Shown here one piece after another: positions 1 to 13,343 of a DNA stretch of 64,000 nt. The position numbers and the translations under genes are program-made. The stretch spans positions 11,959,262 to 12,023,261 of the forward strand of contig CM082587.2 in NCBI GenBank assembly GCA_040954595.2, read 5' to 3'. Origin of the DNA: Balanoglossus misakiensis (lineage: Eukaryota > Animalia > Hemichordata). The notes beneath the pieces are model-generated. The model was not told the origin of the DNA, made no database searches, and saw nothing but the letters and a program-made list of their open reading frames with translations. Position 1 is the first letter of the stretch. The number at the start of each line of letters is the position of its first letter.

Positions 1-3000
1 CTAGAATCTTACGTGCCATTGGAGAGCTCCATTGACTGGTCATTCATACTGTTTTCATTCATTCATTGCGGCATCAATATATTTTATCTATTCTAGCCAA
101 AGAGCTTGGCACCTGTTGAAATGAACTCATCTGCTGTGGGCCAGTTTATTGGTGGCAGTTGAGCTGAGGAGAGCACCTTCCTTCCCGGGACGCCACCAAG
201 TAAAGTTCCACGCCGCCCACCACAGATGCCAGCATTCATTCATGCGAGTGAGTGTAATTGCAAATTTGCCTATTCTAGATTCTTACGTGCCATTGGAGAG
301 CTCCATTGACTGGTCATTCATACTGTTTTCATTCATTCATTGCGGCATCAATATATTTTATCTATTCTAGCCAAAGAGCTTGGCACCTGTTGAAATGAAC
401 TCATCTGCTGTGGGCCAGTTTATTGGTGGCAGTTGAGCTGAGGAGAGCACCTTCCTTCCCGGCACGCCACCAAGTAAAGTTCCACGCCGCCCACCACAGA
501 TGCCAGCATTCATTCATGCGAGTGAGTGTAATTGCAAATTTGCCTATTCTAGATCTGTAATGGAAATGGAGAAAGTACCTTATATTTTCTGTAAAATAGA
601 CATTTAATTGGCAAGCCGTCCTGCATCAATTATTAATTGTGTACATGCACTAAAGCGCCCTCACTGCTGGGTGTGTTGTATGGTCTTTAACCCTGTTTCA
701 AATTAGAGTACTTTCTGCAATTTCAAGACAGATCTTACGTGCCATTGGAGAGCTCCATTGACTGGTCATTCATACTGTTTTCATTCATTCATTGCGGCAT
801 CAATATATTTTATCTATTCTAGCCAAAGAGCTTGGCACCTGTTGAAATGAACTCATCTGCTGTGGGCCAGTTTATTGGTGGCAGTTGAGCTGAGGAGAGC
901 ACCTTCCTTCCCGGCACGCCACCAAGTAAAGTTCCACGCCGCCCACCACAGATGCCAGCATTCATTCATGCGAGTGAGTGTAATTGCAAATTTGCCTATT
1001 CTAGAATTACGTGCCATTGGAGAGCTCCATTGACTGGTCATTCATACTGTTTTCATTCATTCATTGCGGCATCAATATATTTTATCTATTCTAGCCAAAG
1101 AGCTTGGCACCTGTTGAAATGAACTCATCTGCTGTGGGCCAGTTTATTGGTGGCAGTTGAGCTGAGGAGAGCACCTTCCTTCCCGGCACGCCACCAAGTA
1201 AAGTTCCACGCCGCCCACCACAGATGCCAGCATTCATTCATGCGAGTGAGTGTAATTGCAAATTTGCCTATTCTAGATCTGTAATGGAAATGGAGAAAGT
1301 ACCTTATATTTTCTGTAAAATAGACATTTAATTGGCAAGCCGTCCTGCATCAATTATGAATTGTGTACATGCACTAAAGCGCCCTCACTGCTGGGTGTGT
1401 TGTATGGTCTTTAACCCTGTTTCAAATTAGAGTACTTTCTGCAATTTCAAGACAGATCTTACGTGCCATTGGAGAGCTCCATTGACTGGTCATTCATACT
1501 GTTTTCATTCATTCATTGCGGCATCAATATATTTTATCTATTCTAGCCAAAGAGCTTGGCACCTGTTGAAATGAACTCATCTGCTGTGGGCCAGTTTATT
1601 GGTGGCAGTTGAGCTGAGGAGAGCACCTTCCTTCCCGGCACGCCACCAAGTAAAGTTCCACGCCGCCCACCACAGATGCCAGCATTCATTCATGCGAGTG
1701 AGTGTAATTGCAAATTTGCCTATTCTAGATCTGTAATGGAAATGGAGAAAGTACCTTATATTTTCTGTAAAATAGACATTTAATTGGCAAGCCGTCCTGC
1801 ATCAATTATGAATTGTGTACATGCACTAAAGCGCCCTCACTGCTGGGTGTGTTGTATGGTCTTTAACCCTGTTTCAAATTAGAGTACTTTCTGCAATTTC
1901 AAGACAGATCTTACGTGCCATTGGAGAGCTCCATTGACTGGTCATTCATACTGTTTTCATTCATTCATTGCGGCATCAATATATTTTATCTATTCTAGCC
2001 AAAGAGCTTGGCACCTGTTGAAATGAACTCATCTGCTGTGGGCCAGTTTATTGGTGGCAGTTGAGCTGAGGAGAGCACCTTCCTTCCCGGCACGCCACCA
2101 AGTAAAGTTCCACGCCGCCCACCACAGATGCCAGCATTCATTCATGCGAGTGAGTGTAATTGCAAATTTGCCTATTCTAGATCTGTAATGGAAATGGAGA
2201 AAGTACCTTATATTTTCTGTAAAATAGACATTTAATTGGCAAGCCGTCCTGCATCAATTATGAATTGTGTACATGCACTAAAGCGCCCTCACTGCTGGGT
2301 GTGTTGTATGGTCTTTAACCCTGTTTCAAATTAGAGTACTTTCTGCAATTTCAAGACAGATCTTACGTGCCATTGGAGAGCTCCATTGACTGGTCATTCA
2401 TACTGTTTTCATTCATTCATTGCGGCATCAATATATTTTATCTATTCTAGCCAAAGAGCTTGGCACCTGTTGAAATGAACTCATCTGCTGTGGGCCAGTT
2501 TATTGGTGGCAGTTGAGCTGAGAAGAGCACCTTCCTTCCCGGCACGCCACCAAGTAAAGTTCCACGCCGCCCACCACAGATGCCAGCATTCATTCATGCG
2601 AGTGAGTGTAATTGCAAATTTGCCTATTCTAGAATCTTACGTGCCATTGGAGAGCTCCATTGACTGGTCATTCATACTGTTTTCATTCATTCATTGCGGC
2701 ATCAATATATTTTATCTATTCTAGCCAAAGAGCTTGGCACCTGTTGAAATGAACTCATCTGCTGTGGGCCAGTTTATTGGTGGCAGTTGAGCTGAGGAGA
2801 GCACCTTCCTTCCCGGGACGCCACCAAGTAAAGTTCCACGCCGCCCACCACAGATGCCAGCATTCATTCATGCGAGTGAGTGTAATTGCAAATTTGCCTA
2901 TTCTAGATTCTTACGTGCCATTGGAGAGCTCCATTGACTGGTCATTCATACTGTTTTCATTCATTCATTGCGGCATCAATATATTTTATCTATTCTAGCC

Positions 3001-6000
3001 AAAGAGCTTGGCACCTGTTGAAATGAACTCATCTGCTGTGGGCCAGTTTATTGGTGGCAGTTGAGCTGAGGAGAGCACCTTCCTTCCCGGCACGCCACCA
3101 AGTAAAGTTCCACGCCGCCCACCACAGATGCCAGCATTCATTCATGCGAGTGAGTGTAATTGCAAATTTGCCTATTCTAGATCTGTAATGGAAATGGAGA
3201 AAGTACCTTATATTTTCTGTAAAATAGACATTTAATTGGCAAGCCGTCCTGCATCAATTATGAATTGTGTACATGCACTAAAGCGCCCTCACTGCTGGGT
3301 GTGTTGTATGGTCTTTAACCCTGTTTCAAATTAGAGTACTTTCTGCAATTTCAAGACAGATCTTACGTGCCATTGGAGAGCTCCATTGACTGGTCATTCA
3401 TACTGTTTTCATTCATTCATTGCGGCATCAATATATTTTATCTATTCTAGCCAAAGAGCTTGGCACCTGTTGAAATGAACTCATCTGCTGTGGGCCAGTT
3501 TATTGGTGGCAGTTGAGCTGAGGAGAGCACCTTCCTTCCCGGCACGCCACCAAGTAAAGTTCCACGCCGCCCACCACAGATGCCAGCATTCATTCATGCG
3601 AGTGAGTGTAATTGCAAATTTGCCTATTCTAGATCTGTAATGGAAATGGAGAAAGTACCTTATATTTTCTGTAAAATAGACATTTAATTGGCAAGCCGTC
3701 CTGCATCAATTATGAATTGTGTACATGCACTAAAGCGCCCTCACTGCTGGGTGTGTTGTATGGTCTTTAACCCTGTTTCAAATTAGAGTACTTTCTGCAA
3801 TTTCAAGACAGATCTTACGTGCCATTGGAGAGCTCCATTGACTGGTCATTCATACTGTTTTCATTCATTCATTGCGGCATCAATATATTTTATGTATTCT
3901 AGCCAAAGAGCTTGGCACCTGTTGAAATGAACTCATCTGCTGTGGGCCAGTTTATTGGTGGCAGTTGAGCTGAGGAGAGCACCTTCCTTCCCGGCACGCC
4001 ACCAAGTAAAGTTCCACGCCGCCCACCACAGATGCCAGCATTCATTCATGCGAGTGAGTGTAATTGCAAATTTGCCTATTCTAGATCTGTAATGGAAATG
4101 GAGAAAGTACCTTATATTTTCTGTAAAATAGACATTTAATTGGCAAGCCGTCCTGCATCAATTATTAATTGTGTACATGCACTAAAGCGCCCTCACTGCT
4201 GGGTGTGTTGTATGGTCTTTAACCCTGTTTCAAATTAGAGTACTTTCTGCAATTTCAAGACAGATCTTACGTGCCATTGGAGAGCTCCATTGACTGGTCA
4301 TTCATACTGTTTTCATTCATTCATTGCGGCATCAATATATTTTATCTATTCTAGCCAAAGAGCTTGGCACCTGTTGAAATGAACTCATCTGCTGTGGGCC
4401 AGTTTATTGGTGGCAGTTGAGTTGAGGAGAGCACCTTCCTTCCCGGCACGCCACCAAGTAAAGTTCCACGCCGCCCACCACAGATGCCAGCATTCATTCA
4501 TGCGAGTGAGTGTAATTGCAAATTTGCCTATTCTAGAATTCTTACGTGCCATTGGAGAGCTCCATTGACTGGTCATTCATACTGTTTTCATTCATTCATT
4601 GCGGCATCAATATATTTTATGTATTCTAGCCAAAGAGCTTGGCACCTGTTGAAATGAACTCATCTGCTGTGGGCCAGTTTATTGGTGGCAGTTGAGCTGA
4701 GGAGAGCACCTTCCTTCCCGGCACGCCACCAAGTAAAGTTCCACGCCGCCCACCACAGATGCCAGCATTCATTCATGCGAGTGAGTGTAATTGCAAATTT
4801 GCCTATTCTAGATCTGTAATGGAAATGGAGAAAGTACCTTATATTTTCTGTAAAATAGACATTTAATTGGCAAGCCGTCCTGCATCAATTATGAATTGTG
4901 TACATGCACTAAAGCGCCCTCACTGCTGGGTGTGTTGTATGGTCTTTAACCCTGTTTCAAATTAGAGTACTTTCTGCAATTTCAAGACAGATCTTACGTG
5001 CCATTGGAGAGCTCCATTGACTGGTCATTCATACTGTTTTCATTCATTCATTGTGGCATCAATATATTTTATCTATTCTAGCCAAAGAGCTTGGCACCTG
5101 TTGAAATGAACTCATCTGCTGTGGGCCAGTTTATTGGTGGCAGTTGAGCTGAGGAGAGCACCTTCCTTCCCGGCACGCCACCAAGTAAAGTTCCACGCCG
5201 CCCACCACAGATGCCAGCATTCATTCATGCGAGTGAGTGTAATTGCAAATTTGCCTATTCTAGATCTGTAATGGAAATGGAGAAAGTACCTTATATTTTC
5301 TGTAAAATAGACATTTAATTGGCAAGCCGTCCTGCATCAATTATTAATTGTGTACATGCACTAAAGCGCCCTCACTGCTGGGTGTGTTGTATGGTCTTTA
5401 ACCCTGTTTCAAATTAGAGTACTTTCTGCAATTTCAAGACAGATCTTACGTGCCATTGGAGAGCTCCATTGACTGGTCATTCATACTGTTTTCATTCATT
5501 CATTGCGGCATCAATATATTTTATCTATTCTAGCCAAAGAGCTTGGCACCTGTTGAAATGAACTCATCTGCTGTGGGCCAGTTTATTGGTGGCAGTTGAG
5601 CTGAGAAGAGCACCTTCCTTCCCGGCACGCCACCAAGTAAAGTTCCACGCCGCCCACCACAGATGCCAGCATTCATTCATGCGAGTGAGTGTAATTGCAA
5701 ATTTGCCTATTCTAGATCTGTAATGGAAATGGAGAAAGTACCTTATATTTTCTGTAAAATAGACATTTAATTGGCAAGCCGTCCTGCATCAATTATGAAT
5801 TGTGTACATGCACTAAAGCGCCCTCACTGCTGGGTGTGTTGTATGGTCTTTAACCCTGTTTCAAATTAGAGTACTTTCTGCAATTTCAAGACAGATCTTA
5901 CGTGCCATTGGAGAGCTCCATTGACTGGTCATTCATACTGTTTTCATTCATTCATTGCGGCATCAATATATTTTATCTATTCTAGCCAAAGAGCTTGGCA

Positions 6001-9000
6001 CCTGTTGAAATGAACTCATCTGCTGTGGGCCAGTTTATTGGTGGCAGTTGAGCTGAGGAGAGCACCTTCCTTCCCGGCACGCCACCAAGTAAAGTTCCAC
6101 GCCGCCCACCACAGATGCCAGCATTCATTCATGCGAGTGAGTGTAATTGCAAATTTGCCTATTCTAGATCTGTAATGGAAATGGAGAAAGTACCTTATAT
6201 TTTCTGTAAAATAGACATTTAATTGGCAAGCCGTCCTGCATCAATTATGAATTGTGTACATGCACTAAAGCGCCCTCACTGCTGGGTGTGTTGTATGGTC
6301 TTTAACCCTGTTTCAAATTAGAGTACTTTCTGCAATTTCAAGACAGATCTTACGTGCCATTGGAGAGCTCCATTGACTGGTCATTCATACTGTTTTCATT
6401 CATTCATTGCGGCATCAATATATTTTATCTATTCTAGCCAAAGAGCTTGGCACCTGTTGAAATGAACTCATCTGCTGTGGGCCAGTTTATTGGTGGCAGT
6501 TGAGCTGAGGAGAGCACCTTCCTTCCCGGCACGCCACCAAGTAAAGTTCCACGCCGCCCACCACAGATGCCAGCATTCATTCATGCGAGTGAGTGTAATT
6601 GCAAATTTGCCTATTCTAGATCTGTAATGGAAATGGAGAAAGTACCTTATATTTTCTGTAAAATAGACATTTAATTGGCAAGCCGTCCTGCATCAATTAT
6701 GAATTGTGTACATGCACTAAAGCGCCCTCACTGCTGGGTGTGTTGTATGGTCTTTAACCCTGTTTCAAATTAGAGTACTTTCTGCAATTTCAAGACAGAT
6801 CTTACGTGCCATTGGAGAGCTCCATTGACTGGTCATTCATACTGTTTTCATTCATTCATTGCGGCATCAATATATTTTATGTATTCTAGCCAAAGAGCTT
6901 GGCACCTGTTGAAATGAACTCATCTGCTGTGGGCCAGTTTATTGGTGGCAGTTGAGCTGAGGAGAGCACCTTCCTTCCCGGCACGCCACCAAGTAAAGTT
7001 CCACGCCGCCCACCACAGATGCCAGCATTCATTCATGCGAGTGAGTGTAATTGCAAATTTGCCTATTCTAGATCTGTAATGGAAATGGAGAAAGTACCTT
7101 ATATTTTCTGTAAAATAGACATTTAATTGGCAAGCCGTCCTGCATCAATTATTAATTGTGTACATGCACTAAAGCGCCCTCACTGCTGGGTGTGTTGTAT
7201 GGTCTTTAACCCTGTTTCAAATTAGAGTACTTTCTGCAATTTCAAGACAGATCTTACGTGCCATTGGAGAGCTCCATTGACTGGTCATTCATACTGTTTT
7301 CATTCATTCATTGCGGCATCAATATATTTTATCTATTCTAGCCAAAGAGCTTGGCACCTGTTGAAATGAACTCATCTGCTGTGGGCCAGTTTATTGGTGG
7401 CAGTTGAGCTGAGGAGAGCACCTTCCTTCCCGGCACGCCACCAAGTAAAGTTCCACGCCGCCCACCACAGATGCCAGCATTCATTCATGCGAGTGAGTGT
7501 AATTGCAAATTTGCCTATTCTAGAATTACGTGCCATTGGAGAGCTCCATTGACTGGTCATTCATACTGTTTTCATTCATTCATTGCGGCATCAATATATT
7601 TTATCTATTCTAGCCAAAGAGCTTGGCACCTGTTGAAATGAACTCATCTGCTGTGGGCCAGTTTATTGGTGGCAGTTGAGCTGAGGAGAGCACCTTCCTT
7701 CCCGGCACGCCACCAAGTAAAGTTCCACGCCGCCCACCACAGATGCCAGCATTCATTCATGCGAGTGAGTGTAATTGCAAATTTGCCTATTCTAGATCTG
7801 TAATGGAAATGGAGAAAGTACCTTATATTTTCTGTAAAATAGACATTTAATTGGCAAGCCGTCCTGCATCAATTATGAATTGTGTACATGCACTAAAGCG
7901 CCCTCACTGCTGGGTGTGTTGTATGGTCTTTAACCCTGTTTCAAATTAGAGTACTTTCTGCAATTTCAAGACAGATCTTACGTGCCATTGGAGAGCTCCA
8001 TTGACTGGTCATTCATACTGTTTTCATTCATTCATTGCGGCATCAATATATTTTATCTATTCTAGCCAAAGAGCTTGGCACCTGTTGAAATGAACTCATC
8101 TGCTGTGGGCCAGTTTATTGGTGGCAGTTGAGCTGAGGAGAGCACCTTCCTTCCCGGCACGCCACCAAGTAAAGTTCCACGCCGCCCACCACAGATGCCA
8201 GCATTCATTCATGCGAGTGAGTGTAATTGCAAATTTGCCTATTCTAGAATCTTACGTGCCATTGGAGAGCTCCATTGACTGGTCATTCATACTGTTTTCA
8301 TTCATTCATTGCGGCATCAATATATTTTATCTATTCTAGCCAAAGAGCTTGGCACCTGTTGAAATGAACTCATCTGCTGTGGGCCAGTTTATTGGTGGCA
8401 GTTGAGCTGAGGAGAGCACCTTCCTTCCCGGCACGCCACCAAGTAAAGTTCCACGCCGCCCACCACAGATGCCAGCATTCATTCATGCGAGTGAGTGTAA
8501 TTGCAAATTTGCCTATTCTAGATCTGTAATGGAAATGGAGAAAGTACCTTATATTTTCTGTAAAATAGACATTTAATTGGCAAGCCGTCCTGCATCAATT
8601 ATTAATTGTGTACATGCACTAAAGCGCCCTCACTGCTGGGTGTGTTGTATGGTCTTTAACCCTGTTTCAAATTAGAGTACTTTCTGCAATTTCAAGACAG
8701 ATCTTACGTGCCATTGGAGAGCTCCATTGACTGGTCATTCATACTGTTTTCATTCATTCATTGCGGCATCAATATATTTTATCTATTCTAGCCAAAGAGC
8801 TTGGCACCTGTTGAAATGAACTCATCTGCTGTGGGCCAGTTTATTGGTGGCAGTTGAGCTGAGAAGAGCACCTTCCTTCCCGGCACGCCACCAAGTAAAG
8901 TTCCACGCCGCCCACCACAGATGCCAGCATTCATTCATGCGAGTGAGTGTAATTGCAAATTTGCCTATTCTAGATCTGTAATGGAAATGGAGAAAGTACC

Positions 9001-12000
9001 TTATATTTTCTGTAAAATAGACATTTAATTGGCAAGCCGTCCTGCATCAATTATGAATTGTGTACATGCACTAAAGCGCCCTCACTGCTGGGTGTGTTGT
9101 ATGGTCTTTAACCCTGTTTCAAATTAGAGTACTTTCTGCAATTTCAAGACAGATCTTACGTGCCATTGGAGAGCTCCATTGACTGGTCATTCATACTGTT
9201 TTCATTCATTCATTGCGGCATCAATATATTTTATCTATTCTAGCCAAAGAGCTTGGCACCTGTTGAAATGAACTCATCTGCTGTGGGCCAGTTTATTGGT
9301 GGCAGTTGAGCTGAGGAGAGCACCTTCCTTCCCGGCACGCCACCAAGTAAAGTTCCACGCCGCCCACCACAGATGCCAGCATTCATTCATGCGAGTGAGT
9401 GTAATTGCAAATTTGCCTATTCTAGATCTGTAATGGAAATGGAGAAAGTACCTTATATTTTCTGTAAAATAGACATTTAATTGGCAAGCCGTCCTGCATC
9501 AATTATGAATTGTGTACATGCACTAAAGCGCCCTCACTGCTGGGTGTGTTGTATGGTCTTTAACCCTGTTTCAAATTAGAGTACTTTCTGCAATTTCAAG
9601 ACAGATCTTACGTGCCATTGGAGAGCTCCATTGACTGGTCATTCATACTGTTTTCATTCATTCATTGCGGCATCAATATATTTTATCTATTCTAGCCAAA
9701 GAGCTTGGCACCTGTTGAAATGAACTCATCTGCTGTGGGCCAGTTTATTGGTGGCAGTTGAGCTGAGGAGAGCACCTTCCTTCCCGGCACGCCACCAAGT
9801 AAAGTTCCACGCCGCCCACCACAGATGCCAGCATTCATTCATGCGAGTGAGTGTAATTGCAAATTTGCCTATTCTAGATCTGTAATGGAAATGGAGAAAG
9901 TACCTTATATTTTCTGTAAAATAGACATTTAATTGGCAAGCCGTCCTGCATCAATTATGAATTGTGTACATGCACTAAAGCGCCCTCACTGCTGGGTGTG
10001 TTGTATGGTCTTTAACCCTGTTTCAAATTAGAGTACTTTCTGCAATTTCAAGACAGATCTTACGTGCCATTGGAGAGCTCCATTGACTGGTCATTCATAC
10101 TGTTTTCATTCATTCATTGCGGCATCAATATATTTTATCTATTCTAGCCAAAGAGCTTGGCACCTGTTGAAATGAACTCATCTGCTGTGGGCCAGTTTAT
10201 TGGTGGCAGTTGAGCTGAGAAGAGCACCTTCCTTCCCGGCACGCCACCAAGTAAAGTTCCACGCCGCCCACCACAGATGCCAGCATTCATTCATGCGAGT
10301 GAGTGTAATTGCAAATTTGCCTATTCTAGAATCTTACGTGCCATTGGAGAGCTCCATTGACTGGTCATTCATACTGTTTTCATTCATTCATTGCGGCATC
10401 AATATATTTTATCTATTCTAGCCAAAGAGCTTGGCACCTGTTGAAATGAACTCATCTGCTGTGGGCCAGTTTATTGGTGGCAGTTGAGCTGAGGAGAGCA
10501 CCTTCCTTCCCGGGACGCCACCAAGTAAAGTTCCACGCCGCCCACCACAGATGCCAGCATTCATTCATGCGAGTGAGTGTAATTGCAAATTTGCCTATTC
10601 TAGATTCTTACGTGCCATTGGAGAGCTCCATTGACTGGTCATTCATACTGTTTTCATTCATTCATTGCGGCATCAATATATTTTATCTATTCTAGCCAAA
10701 GAGCTTGGCACCTGTTGAAATGAACTCATCTGCTGTGGGCCAGTTTATTGGTGGCAGTTGAGCTGAGGAGAGCACCTTCCTTCCCGGCACGCCACCAAGT
10801 AAAGTTCCACGCCGCCCACCACAGATGCCAGCATTCATTCATGCGAGTGAGTGTAATTGCAAATTTGCCTATTCTAGATCTGTAATGGAAATGGAGAAAG
10901 TACCTTATATTTTCTGTAAAATAGACATTTAATTGGCAAGCCGTCCTGCATCAATTATTAATTGTGTACATGCACTAAAGCGCCCTCACTGCTGGGTGTG
11001 TTGTATGGTCTTTAACCCTGTTTCAAATTAGAGTACTTTCTGCAATTTCAAGACAGATCTTACGTGCCATTGGAGAGCTCCATTGACTGGTCATTCATAC
11101 TGTTTTCATTCATTCATTGCGGCATCAATATATTTTATCTATTCTAGCCAAAGAGCTTGGCACCTGTTGAAATGAACTCATCTGCTGTGGGCCAGTTTAT
11201 TGGTGGCAGTTGAGCTGAGGAGAGCACCTTCCTTCCCGGCACGCCACCAAGTAAAGTTCCACGCCGCCCACCACAGATGCCAGCATTCATTCATGCGAGT
11301 GAGTGTAATTGCAAATTTGCCTATTCTAGATCTGTAATGGAAATGGAGAAAGTACCTTATATTTTCTGTAAAATAGACATTTAATTGGCAAGCCGTCCTG
11401 CATCAATTATGAATTGTGTACATGCACTAAAGCGCCCTCACTGCTGGGTGTGTTGTATGGTCTTTAACCCTGTTTCAAATTAGAGTACTTTCTGCAATTT
11501 CAAGACAGATCTTACGTGCCATTGGAGAGCTCCATTGACTGGTCATTCATACTGTTTTCATTCATTCATTGCGGCATCAATATATTTTATGTATTCTAGC
11601 CAAAGAGCTTGGCACCTGTTGAAATGAACTCATCTGCTGTGGGCCAGTTTATTGGTGGCAGTTGAGCTGAGGAGAGCACCTTCCTTCCCGGCACGCCACC
11701 AAGTAAAGTTCCACGCCGCCCACCACAGATGCCAGCATTCATTCATGCGAGTGAGTGTAATTGCAAATTTGCCTATTCTAGATCTGTAATGGAAATGGAG
11801 AAAGTACCTTATATTTTCTGTAAAATAGACATTTAATTGGCAAGCCGTCCTGCATCAATTATTAATTGTGTACATGCACTAAAGCGCCCTCACTGCTGGG
11901 TGTGTTGTATGGTCTTTAACCCTGTTTCAAATTAGAGTACTTTCTGCAATTTCAAGACAGATCTTACGTGCCATTGGAGAGCTCCATTGACTGGTCATTC

Positions 12001-13343
12001 ATACTGTTTTCATTCATTCATTGCGGCATCAATATATTTTATCTATTCTAGCCAAAGAGCTTGGCACCTGTTGAAATGAACTCATCTGCTGTGGGCCAGT
12101 TTATTGGTGGCAGTTGAGCTGAGGAGAGCACCTTCCTTCCCGGCACGCCACCAAGTAAAGTTCCACGCCGCCCACCACAGATGCCAGCATTCATTCATGC
12201 GAGTGAGTGTAATTGCAAATTTGCCTATTCTAGAATTACGTGCCATTGGAGAGCTCCATTGACTGGTCATTCATACTGTTTTCATTCATTCATTGCGGCA
12301 TCAATATATTTTATCTATTCTAGCCAAAGAGCTTGGCACCTGTTGAAATGAACTCATCTGCTGTGGGCCAGTTTATTGGTGGCAGTTGAGCTGAGGAGAG
12401 CACCTTCCTTCCCGGCACGCCACCAAGTAAAGTTCCACGCCGCCCACCACAGATGCCAGCATTCATTCATGCGAGTGAGTGTAATTGCAAATTTGCCTAT
12501 TCTAGATCTGTAATGGAAATGGAGAAAGTACCTTATATTTTCTGTAAAATAGACATTTAATTGGCAAGCCGTCCTGCATCAATTATGAATTGTGTACATG
12601 CACTAAAGCGCCCTCACTGCTGGGTGTGTTGTATGGTCTTTAACCCTGTTTCAAATTAGAGTACTTTCTGCAATTTCAAGACAGATCTTACGTGCCATTG
12701 GAGAGCTCCATTGACTGGTCATTCATACTGTTTTCATTCATTCATTGCGGCATCAATATATTTTATCTATTCTAGCCAAAGAGCTTGGCACCTGTTGAAA
12801 TGAACTCATCTGCTGTGGGCCAGTTTATTGGTGGCAGTTGAGCTGAGGAGAGCACCTTCCTTCCCGGCACGCCACCAAGTAAAGTTCCACGCCGCCCACC
12901 ACAGATGCCAGCATTCATTCATGCGAGTGAGTGTAATTGCAAATTTGCCTATTCTAGATCTGTAATGGAAATGGAGAAAGTACCTTATATTTTCTGTAAA
13001 ATAGACATTTAATTGGCAAGCCGTCCTGCATCAATTATGAATTGTGTACATGCACTAAAGCGCCCTCACTGCTGGGTGTGTTGTATGGTCTTTAACCCTG
13101 TTTCAAATTAGAGTACTTTCTGCAATTTCAAGACAGATCTTACGTGCCATTGGAGAGCTCCATTGACTGGTCATTCATACTGTTTTCATTCATTCATTGC
13201 GGCATCAATATATTTTATCTATTCTAGCCAAAGAGCTTGGCACCTGTTGAAATGAACTCATCTGCTGTGGGCCAGTTTATTGGTGGCAGTTGAGCTGAGG
13301 AGAGCACCTTCCTTCCCGGCACGCCACCAAGTAAAGTTCCACG
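1..13343. repeat. Satellite array 1: tandem 452-bp monomers (A + MITE-like B) mixed with 272-275-bp B-less monomers; open at the window's left edge
   Basis: Near-identical tandem units with a 452-bp period (e.g. identically phased ORF positions differ by multiples of 452 plus 272-275); only a few recurring SNPs. Confidence 0.98.
555..731. mobile_element. Representative 177-bp MITE-like element B (roughly 70 copies in the window, one per 452-bp monomer)
   Basis: Left end CTGTAATGGAAATGGAGAAAGTAC (555-578) matches the reverse complement of the right end (708-731, CTGTCTTGAAATTGCAGAAAGTAC) at 19/24 positions; AGATCT spans both junctions, consistent with an AT (or GATC/AGATCT) target duplication; B is absent from some monomers. 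Confidence 0.85.

Noticed and set aside
117-172. Hammerhead ribozyme or SECIS in the monomer (GAAA...hairpin 126-136/153-163...CTGAGGA)
   Set aside because: A hairpin can form, but there is no UH cleavage site in register with stem I, no stem II, and no apical AA for a SECIS; the pairing is poorly kept in the diverged copy
97-275. Selenoprotein-like frame with a single in-frame TGA (PKSLAPVEM...GGS*AEES...)
   Set aside because: The frame is shifted in the diverged homologue, the exon-like unit is not a multiple of 3, and there is no valid SECIS
149-370. Repeated 73-aa and 62/63-aa ORFs in the satellite
   Set aside because: Non-ATG or incidental starts; they appear only where a B-less scar happens to open a frame; no recognisable domain
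1-13343. CRISPR-like repeat/spacer array
   Set aside because: The intervening segment B is invariant rather than unique spacers, units are 270-450 bp, there are no cas genes, and the context has spliceosomal introns
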